Shown piece after piece: positions 54,459-64,000 of a stretch of DNA of 64,000 nucleotides; position 1 is the first letter of the stretch; each line of letters starts with the position of its first letter. Both the position numbers and the translations under genes were made by a program. Origin of the DNA: the human T2T-CHM13v2.0 reference genome, Homo sapiens; NCBI RefSeq assembly GCF_009914755.1, contig NC_060945.1; one strand, written 5' to 3'. The notes beneath the pieces were generated by a model. The model was not told the origin of the DNA. It was given only the letters and a program-made list of their open reading frames with translations, and made no database searches.

Positions 54459-55131
54459 CTACCCCTCCTTCTCTCTTTCTTTCTCTCCCCCTACCTCCTT
54501 CCCTTTCTGTTTCTTTCTTCTTTCTCTTTCCCTCACTCCAGTCTCTCCCTGCAAGCGTGTCTCCATCTGGAGTATCTGCCTTTGATTTCTCTGCCTTGCT
54601 CAAGGTCCAGTGTGTGATCATGCCATAAAGCACATGCCTTTCCAGCTTTAACGCTGTCATCAGGTGACTTAATTTCTTAGCTTTTCAAGTCCATTGAGTA
54701 CCATGTGATTTGTCTAGCTTCTCTATTTAACAGAAGCCACAAATCAAAGGTAGTTAACCGGGTTATTGAATGGTTGTCATTGAGTAGGATTTATACTGCT
54801 TTATCAATTGTCAACAGCTGCGGAGGACAGAAACACAATGAACAAAAAAATGCAGCTTTCTCTTCAGGTGGTGATAACAAGTTCTAGTACACATAGAAAT
54901 CCTCCACGGCTTTATTTTCTCTGTACATTTGATTTCCAGTCACAACTTGCCTTTATATCAATTCAATCAACACAGAGACTATTGACTTTATACAAAGCAA
55001 TTATTAATTTCCTCATCCTCACATTTATTTCACACTGTTAAGCTGAATTTAACTTTGATATCAAATGAAGTTTATGTTCTTGATAATATTTTCAAAACAA
55101 ATTATTCAAACACGTAGAGTGTGTGTCTTCA

Positions 55132-55467
<336 letters not shown>

Positions 55468-55885
55468 TTAACCCATTATACAATCTTCACCTTCAAAACA
55501 ATTCCTTGATGTTTTTCACTGTAGTCAGTAATCTGGTGTTGATTGAACATTTGACTTCTGCATCATAGAATGCATTATACTAAGGTAAGACTCTGCCACA
55601 CTGTCTGATTACTTTATCCCTGCCCTTCCCTATTGGGTAGGTATTTTTGACTAGTTACCTCGTGATTTCAACAGGGAGCCAATAGAAATTCAACAATTAG
55701 AAAGCCATGTAGAAATAATTAACAGCTATGTAAGTATAATACCTTGTCTAAGAAGTAGAACTAAATCAACCCCTAGCTACTCCCCAGGACTTTATAACTT
55801 AAATGTAGCCCAAAGTAATCAAACAATAGTGTCAACTCAGCTAAACTTCTTTCCCCCTGTGTTTTGTGAACGTCGGAAGATTTTA

Positions 55886-56020
55886 GTCTGGGCGTGGTGG
55901 CTCATGACTATAATCCCAGCACTTTGGGAGACTGAGGCAGGTGGATCACCTAAGTTTGGGAGTTCGAGACCAGACTGACCAACATGGAGAAACCCCGTCT
56001 CTACTAAATAAATAAAAATT
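55886..56020 (+). mobile_element. Left monomer only of an AluSp-like element
   Basis: ctgaccaacatggagaaaccccgtctctactaaa (Sp-type), ending at the A-rich linker. Confidence 0.85.
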
Positions 56021-56599
56021 GTAAAACCTCATTAAATCCCACATCTCATTTCAGTCATCTTTCCCTTTCACAGTTAAATCTCTTAAAAGACTTAAATCAG
56101 TGATTCCAGGCCTTTACCACATATTGTTTATGCTACTGCAATCTGATTTCCTGCCTCCACCACTGTATTTTGCTCTTGTCCAACAGAACAGTGCTAACTT
56201 TTCTGTAAAGGGTAACTTTTCATACCTTATCTATCCTGACTTGTCAGCATTAGTTGTATTTATTGAGGACCCTTCTTCTTAAATGATTTTTTTTTTCCAT
56301 CCTGGATGTCCACTTTTGCTTACTGGAAATTAACCATTCATCCACCCATAGAATTTGCTGTTTCTTCAGAATTCTGTCCTAGGCTTTCATCTCTTCTCAC
56401 TTGAACACTTGTGCTAGGTGATCTCCATTATTCCCATTATTTCTGTTACCATCTCTATGAGGCTGTCTTCAAAATACATCTCCAGCTCAGCCCACCTTAA
56501 TGAGCTCCAAGTCCATGTATCCACGAGGCTCCTGCAGATCCCAAAGCACCATAAATATCAACTAAGTTCTCTACATGTTTCTTCTAATTTGGTTTTGTT

Positions 56600-57051
56600 C
56601 GTGGTTCCTGTATTTGGCAGGGCTTCCTGGAAATGGACTTACAGATGGAAATTTGTAGCTAGAAAATTTCAGGGGAATGCTGCTGGTAGGAGAGTAGGGA
56701 GAGTGGGCTTAGAAGAAAGAGGAGCTGAATTTCAATGCAGTTGCAAAATAGGCTTTAGTTAATACCACAGTAAGCTCTAAAGCTGAAACCTTCTGAGTTG
56801 TTCCAAATTGAGGCAAAACAGTTGTGTCTTTATACCAAGGCATTCACCATTTTGCCTGACCATTGAAGGATGGTTAGGAACCTTGAAAAATGTATTTCCT
56901 TTCGGAAAGACAGATCTTTAGGAAAGCCTCAGATGAGCCAACAGCTGGCCTTAGTGAGCTAGTTGGCATCATTCCTGGTAGCTGGATGAATGAATGCCTC
57001 ATTTCCAAAGAGTGATGTTGGAGGCTCAAGAAGTATCTATTGCAGTACACA
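56600..57051 (-). mobile_element. Old ERVL LTR (LTR40-like), probable 3' LTR of the adjacent internal region
   Basis: agatggaaatttgtagctagaaaattt...ggagctgaatttcaatgcagttgc...agctctaaagctg...ccttctgagttgttccaaattgaggc resembles recalled LTR40. Confidence 0.5.
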
Positions 57052-58296
57052 ATATCCAAAACATGAATCAACCCCAGCTTGGTACAGATTCTCTAAGATT
57101 CGTATTCTCTTTCATGGAGAAACTTAGAAGAGGAAGGTTAATTGGACAGAGGAAAGTTTTACAGTGGTGTAGCAATTCTGCAGGCAACTCTTATCATGTC
57201 TGCCTAGTTTACATGACCCACACCCTCTCTTCACATCTCTGTTAGCCTAAGTGCATTAGAAGGTAGAGTGAGTCATACATGCATTCCAGAGGTGTCTGGG
57301 CTTATCCATCTTCTGCATGCATTTCTCAGGATGTGACTACTGCACTTGTCCATTTGAAATACAAGTTGGACAGGAGAGTAGCAAGAGATACCCCAATGTT
57401 TCACCTGAATATGAAATTAATTCTTCCCGGCCTCCCCTGTATAATATCACCCCTAGTTCCTCCCTTGCTAATGGTGACACTCTTCTTTGATATAGAGAGA
57501 TATAATCACTAGGTGGCAACCACAAATTAAAGTTCAGTGGTACTCTTACTATGCTTCCTGGTGAAAGCATTTCTTCTCAGGAAAGTAGAAACTTTTGACC
57601 CATGGAACCTAAAGACTTGGAGACAGGAAACATGAATTTCCCATGTTGGAAGTGACAATGGGTGAAACACTTCTATTTTCATTCTTTGATATCTGCACCT
57701 GTGTATTCTACCTACTGGGGACACAACACCATAAAATGATAATTACTTTGAAATGAATGCTGCACTATGGAACATGGAACCATGGAACCCCATCATTTAA
57801 AAGTATCACTTCCAAAAGGGTGCATCACCTGCAGCTTTAAAACATATTTCTTTGCTCTATCGGGATAGTAGTTTCTGGGTGTTATGACTTGCAATGTGAC
57901 CGGCAGATTCCATGGTCATGAGTTCCTTGTCAAAAAAGACAGTTTTAAAAAATCAAATGTGAAATTACACATCTGCAAATCTATAAATTTTATATGGCTA
58001 AAGCCCTGTGGGCAGGAAAGACAAACCCTTAGCCGGAATAGATACTGATCTCATCAAGAAGAATCACTGACCTTTCAGATTAAAAGTAGTAATACCTAAT
58101 AAATGTGCCAACAGGTTTTGGGGGTTCAACATTGATTTATTCTATTAGATATTTGAACATTAGGCTTGGGCAGTAAATAGCTATGATTTCTGCTACTATG
58201 GCTACTCTGTTATGAATTATTTAGCCAATATGCAATGACAGAGGTTTGCTGATGCCTGTCAACTATGCCATTCTGTTTACATGGTTGCTTAGTACC

Positions 58297-58669
58297 TGTA
58301 TTAGTCCATTTTCATACTGCTATAAACAACTTCCAAAGACTGGGTAATCTGTAAAGGAAAGAGGTTTAATTGACTCCCTGCAGGGCTGGGGAGACATCAG
58401 AAAACTTACGATCATGGTAAAAGGGGAAGCAAACACATCCTACTTCTCATGGCGGCAGGAAGGGAAAGAATGAGTGCTGAGCTAAGGGAGAGCACCTGAT
58501 AAAACCATCAGATCTCATGAGAACACACTCACTATCATGAGAACAGCAAGGAGGAAAACCACTCCCATGATTCAGTTACCTCCCACAAGGCCTCTCCCAT
58601 GACATGTGGGGATTATGAGAACTACAATTCAAGATGAGATTTGGGTGGGGACACAGCCAAAGTGCATTA
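58297..58669 (-). mobile_element. THE1D-like solo LTR inserted in the ERV-L internal region
   Basis: tgtattagtccattttcatactgcta...gagatttgggtggggacacagccaaa; TSD gtacc (58292-58296) / gtgcc (58670-58674). Confidence 0.9.
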
Positions 58670-58672
58670 GTG

Positions 58673-59160
58673 CCCACTCCAACTCTGAAAATTGTGTATC
58701 ATCCCAATTGGTGTTCTTATCTGAATTGCAGAATTAAAAAAAAAAACAAAAACAAAAACTCTACAGAAAGAGTGGAATTATTAGGTTGAGAACCCAACAT
58801 GTCCTGGAAATATTCTACACTTATAATTAAATTTTGTGCCTTATTTTAAAGTTTCTGCCCTTTAAGTACCAAAAATAAATATCTTTTTCAAGGCAGCCTT
58901 CTCACTTTCACAGTCACTTAAACTTTGATTAACAATGTCAGTTTCTCCTTATCTTTCTCCAACATATATTTGTAGGACTTAATAACAGCCATCTGATACC
59001 ACAGTCCTTATGACTGCCAATTCCCACCACAGCTCACAACTCTTCTGAGCTATTGCACAATTCAGTTCATTTCATTCTGTCAGTATCGCATCTGAATTCC
59101 TCAGTAATCAATTGTACAACTGTAGTGAGGGGCTATCACTACTCCATGTGCCCTCCAATT
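58673..59160 (+). repeat. Local direct duplication C, copy 1 (~490 bp)
   Basis: Aligns to 60279-60759 with about 12 substitutions and 4 small indels. Confidence 0.97.
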
Positions 59161-60278
59161 TTGAATTCTCTCTGTCTCGGTAGTTTAATGGATCCAATGA
59201 ACATGAGTCAGCTTTAGAAACAGTGCTCCATGTTTTATTATTCAATGCATGGTGATGCCCATGCATCAGTGACAACTTCAATAGTTTTTGAAATGTCTGA
59301 GTACTCTAATTTTTCTACTGTATGATTGCCGTGTAATTGGCATTAGGTGCATTTTGGGGAGAATTATTGCGACAACATTTTTTTTTCAAGAGGGCCTCTA
59401 CTTCAATCAAAATTTCCAAGTCTGAGTACTGGCTCAGCTCCAGAAACTGAGCAAGTGATGATGAATTTTATTGTATCATCTGCACTTACCTCCTGATCAT
59501 TCACCTTTAGTGTATGTACATGTTTATCCTATACATTGAGAAATACTCTCATTGGCTACCCATCTCCCGTCCTCTCAGAACATTATGTTCTAATCATTAT
59601 TTCCATAACCCTCTGCAGTTGAGAATTTCTGTCTCGACGTTGTTTATTGCTTAATTGTACTCCTGCTTTTTCCTGTATTTAAACATAGCCAGCTGGTCCC
59701 TATTATTTTGAGATCCAATTATTCCCATTGTTTCCTGTTGTTTTTAAGAAGACCAATTCTATAACGAAATCCCTTATTGTCAGTCATGTCCTAGAGAGGA
59801 CAGCCATCATTGAGCTTTGCAGCAATGCTGTTGTCCCTAATAATAGAGTGTCTTCTGAGTTCTTATGTAAAACATCATCAGCTGGTGAGTTTTCTGATCT
59901 TATGTCACATGTCTACTCTACAATGATCATTTTCTAACAAGATATTTCTGCTCCCCTTTTGACACAGCCCTGACAGAATCCAGTCCCTAGATACTCTGCT
60001 GGCTTTTCCTAGTATATGCTGACTAGGCCCCTTTCTTCCATTAGCAGGACCAGAACTAATTTTACTTAACCCTCATTAATAATCTGATGACCAAGAAAAG
60101 AAGAATGGATAGATCTCTAAAAAGTGGTGGGCTCTATTATCAAGGAGGAGGTATGTAATTATGCTACATAAGGGGTAAGATTCAGACTTATATGAAAAGA
60201 ATGAGGCACTTCTTCAGGCCCAGGGAGTTCTGGAGATCTGGGGTTTTGTTGTTGTCAAGGACATTGACTCAGAAGTTC

Positions 60279-60759
60279 CCCACTCCAACTCTGAAATTGT
60301 GTATCATCCCAATCGGTGTTCTTATCTGAATTGCAGAATTAAAAAAAAAAAAAAACCCTACAGAAAGAGCGGAATTATTAGGTTGAGAACCCAACATGTC
60401 CTGGAAATATTCCACACTTATAATTAAATTTTGTGCCTTATTTTAAAGTTTCTGCCCTTTAAGTACCAAAGATAAATATCTTTTTCAAGGCAGCCTTCTC
60501 ACTTTCACAGTCACTTAAACTTTGATTAACAATGTCAGTTTCTCCTTATCTTTCTCCAATATATATTTGTAGGACTTAATAATAGCCATCTGATACCACA
60601 GTCCTTATGACTGCCAATTCCCACCACAGCTCACAACTCTTCTGAGCTATTGCACAATTCAGTTCATTTCATTCCGTCGGTATCACATCTGAATTCCTCA
60701 GTAGTCAATTGTAGTACAGCTGTAGTGAGGGGCTATCACTACTCCATGTGCCTCCAATT
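60279..60759 (+). repeat. Local direct duplication C, copy 2
   Basis: Aligns to 58673-59160. Confidence 0.97.
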
Positions 60760-60809
60760 CTCTGGTCCTCATGGCCCATCAGCCAGCAAGTAAGTGATCC
60801 AGTTTCAAA

Positions 60810-60895
60810 AATTACCTCTTTAAAGATCATCTCCCAATACAGTCACAGTCTGAGGTCTTAGGACTTCAACATATAAATTTTGGTGAAATACATTA
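60810..60895 (-). mobile_element. MLT1 (B/C-like) LTR fragment
   Basis: attacctctttaaaga...tctcccaatacagtcacagtctgagg...ttaggacttcaacatataaattttgg. Confidence 0.6.
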
Positions 60896-61302
60896 CTTCT
60901 CCAAATGTGGCTCACTCAAATGTAGGCTTATCTATATATTATTTCCTGGGTTTAACTCTCCCAGTCTTTCAGGTTTGGAATGGAATTCCATTCTCACTTT
61001 CCTTATATTTGTAAAATTGAATTAAATGGCTTTCAATTGAATTCCCACTGCATTCTTACCATTCATGCCGTAAAACTTTTCAGATGTTATTTAATTATTT
61101 TCATACTCATTTACTTCCCTGTTATACTGTAAATTCCAAAGGGAAAGAACTGTTATCTTATTTACTATCAAAGCCTCAGGACCTAACACAGTACCTAACA
61201 TCTATTAGAATCACCATAAATAATTTGATCATATCTTTTTATTGCATTATTAATGACTTGAAGGCAGAGTGTGTGCATTGTTCAACATTGAATCGCAAAT
61301 AC

Positions 61303-61661
61303 TGTGTTAGCCAATTTTCATAATGCTATGAAGAAATACCCAAGACTGAGTAATTTATAAGAAAAATAGGTTAATGAACTCAAAGTTCCACATGGCTAGG
61401 GAGGCTCACAGTCATGGCAGAAAGCAAAGGAGGAGCAAAGGCACATCTTGCATGGTGGCAGGCAAGAGAGTGTGTGCAGGGGAACTGCCCTTTGTAAAAC
61501 CATTAGATCTCAGAGATTTATTTACTCTCATGACAACAGGATGGGAAAATCTCCTCCCATGATTCAGTTATCTCCCACCAGATACCTCCCATGATACGTG
61601 GGGATTATGGGAGCTACAATTAAAAATGAGATTTGATTGGTGACACAACCAAACCATATCA
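61303..61661 (-). mobile_element. THE1 (B/C-like) solo LTR
   Basis: tgtgttagccaattttcataatgctatgaagaaatacccaagactg...gacacaaccaaaccatatca. Confidence 0.9.
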
Positions 61662-62168
61662 CATAGCATCCAAAACAATTCCTATTTACCCAATGGTAAG
61701 TATATAACAATTGTTTATTCAGATTTACTTAACTGATTGCTTAAAATATTTTGTCAATTTATGGAACATCTACAGAAATTTGATTGCTTCAGGGATATAG
61801 TCATTAATTCACTTTACTTGTGTACTTTTTTATAAGTTCTGATTATGCTTAATTTTGTTTTCAAAAATGGGTCTTAAATGCTAGGTGTGTGAAAGAGTTG
61901 AATTTCATAAAACATTTCTCAGTGTCAATCTTTTAATATTAATTATTTTCCTCAAACTAGTGTAATAAACCTTAATAAACTATTTGTATAAGGAACTTTT
62001 TTTCATTAAATTTTACTGAGTTTAAAAAAGCACTTTAAAGGATTTTTTTGAAAGAGTAACATAGTACACCTAAAAAGTTATTTATAATACAATAAAATAA
62101 GATATCCAGGAAAGCTGGAAGAAAGGAAGTAACTGGAAATATGGGAACAAATATCTTTGAGCATCATT

Positions 62169-63492
62169 TTTTTTTTAACCTCTGAACTTTTTATTGGCCT
62201 CCTGCTCCCCAAAGGTACTCTGCTTCTGCTGGCTTAATGTCTGAGAACTTCGGTGTCATTGGTCCCAGACACCACTTTGCCATCCACTGTCTGGCAGGTG
62301 GCAGTCTTTTGGATGGTTTGCATAGAGTTGCTGCTGTCCAGGGCATTACCAAGATTGAAGTCCTCACCATCTTCCAGCAGGGGGTGGTAGGTGGCGATCT
62401 CAGCCTCCAGCTTGACCTTATGTTCAGCAGCGCCTCCTACTCCTGGGCCTGGTGCTGCCCCTCTGCCCAGGTCTGTGGCAACTCGGACTCCAGGTGCATC
62501 AGGGTCCCATTGGGCTGCTCCATTTGCAGGGCATAGCTGGCCTCCACCTCCTTCAGGCTGTTCTCCAAGCTGGCCTTCAGATTTCTCATCGAGTACAGGT
62601 CGATCTCCAAGGACTGAACTGTATGTCTCATCCCCATGAGTATCATCTCAGCAGCTCCAACCTCGATGAACTGTGTGGTGACCACTGTGGTACTCTCCTC
62701 AATCAGCCGAGACTAGTATTTGTCCAGCTCCTCTCGGTTTTTCCGAGCCAGCTCATCGTATTGGGCCTGGATGTCTGCCATGATCTTGGTGAGGTCCTGC
62801 AATTTGAGGGCATCTACTTCCACGGTCAACCCAGAGCTGGCAATCTGGGCTTGTAGGCCTTTTACTTCCACTTCGTGGTTCTTCTTCATGAAGAGCAGCT
62901 CCTCCTTGAGAGCTTCCATCTCTGTCTCCAGCTGCAGTTGAGTGACATTGGTGTCATCAGCGATCTTGTGGAGCCCATGGATGTTGCTCTCCACAGACTG
63001 GTGCATGGCCAGCTCTGACTCATACGTGACTCTAAAGTCATTAGCAGCAATACGGGCATTGTCGATCTGCAGAACGATGCAGGAACTATCCACAGTATTT
63101 GCGAAGATATGAGCACTCAGGTCCTCGATGGTCTTGAAGTAATGGTCCCAGTCTCTGACCTGGGGTCCCTTCTTCTCCAGGGGCTCCCGGATTTTGCTCT
63201 CCAGCTTCCAGTTCTCCGTCTCCAGGCTCCTCACTCTGTCCAGGTAGGAGGCCAGCCAGTTGTTCAGGCTTTGCATCGTCTCCGCATTCTGGATGCCTCC
63301 CATTCCAGCCAGAACCCCGGCCATTCAGGCAGCCAGGACCCCGGACCCCAAACCGACCCGGAAGCTGGTGGAGCAGGACACCAAGATCCGGGAACCAGAG
63401 ACTCGGTGCCTGCGTAGATGGTGGAGAAGGTGGAGCGAGTGGTGAAGCTCATGCTGTCTGGGAGGAGAGAGAGAGGAGAGGACTCAGGCTTT
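62169..63492 (-). pseudogene. KRT18: Full-length processed keratin 18 pseudogene (former CDS 63452->62234); probably KRT18P2
   Basis: Intronless MSFTTRSTFST...LASYLDRVRSLETEN..VEVDA..KFSDI/LRH* end; 5'UTR, AATAAA (62190-62195), poly(A) (62167-62176); 13-bp TSD tttgagcatcatt (62156-62168, 63493-63505); head deletion, frameshift and in-frame stops (TAG at 62713-62715). Confidence 0.98.
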
Positions 63493-64000
63493 TTTGAGCA
63501 TCATTCTAAGAAATTAATCACAGAAATTAAAAAGTAGGAAGAATTTAAATAAAAACCTAAATTAATATGCTAATTTTAGACATGAATGTATGAATTAGAA
63601 AAATGTAAATATTTTCTCCTCTGAGCCACAGGTTTCATAACAGCAGCAAATCATACCCTCATATGTTTTCTATAACCCTATGTTCTCAAACAAAATAAAT
63701 CTTGTTTTAAATACTTGAACCCCATATGTATTTATAAGACAATGCAAATCCATATCACCTTTTAGAAAATAGTTTGTTCAAAGCCTCATATTGAACACTT
63801 CTTGACAGGTAAAAATCCTGTAAAAATGAGATTTAAAACAAAGTGCAATAGATACTCCATTGGAAAGACATAAATGACATGGTGTAAAGGGAAAAGGTTA
63901 GTAAAATAATTCCTATTAACTCTCAGAAGTTTTATCTTTATTTTTAAAACACAGAGTATGAGCATCTAGATTAACGTAAGTAAAAAAAAAAAAACAAAAA

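Larger units (their letters stand above)
57052..60805 (-). mobile_element. Decayed ERV-L internal region (gag/pol/dUTPase remnants)
   Basis: Minus ORF 57337-57570 (MLSPGSIVRVPLNFNLWLPP..ELGVILYRGGREE...GETLGYLLLLSCP..NGQVQ) resembles ERV-L dUTPase; YGVVSPVGRIH near 57700-57735 resembles the end of integrase. Gag-side boundary is approximate. Confidence 0.7.

Noticed and set aside
62237-63445. Plus-strand ORFs over the KRT18 copy as an antisense gene
   Set aside because: Stop-poor antisense frames are expected opposite GC-rich coding sequence.

Overview
AT-rich, gene-poor primate (human-like) genomic DNA. I find no intact protein-coding gene, structural RNA gene or CpG island; nearly all track ORFs come from Alu, L1, LTR or pseudogene sequence, or are chance ORFs. 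There are two processed pseudogenes. An FDPS retrocopy (+, ~25.6-26.1 kb) keeps only its 5' half and is fused to an ERV1-type LTR. A full-length KRT18 retrocopy (-, ~62.2-63.5 kb) has a poly(A) tail and a 13-bp TSD. From memory, this pair fits FDPSP6/KRT18P2 on human 21q21.1 (unverified). The rest is nested transposon debris: MER2>Tigger2>Alu, a near-full-length L1MC with five nested inserts, L1PA 3' ends, many solo LTRs and a decayed ERV-L provirus with a dUTPase remnant. The most unusual structure is three separate short non-tandem direct duplications (~510, ~120 and ~490 bp; offsets 1.2-2.1 kb; ~89, ~93 and ~97% identical by eye) within ~25 kb. Also notable are a twin-primed inverted L1 and an L1-Alu chimera inside one apparent TSD. 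I found no evidence of a new functional gene system. Repeat subfamily names are recalled from consensus sequences and need Dfam/RepeatMasker confirmation.
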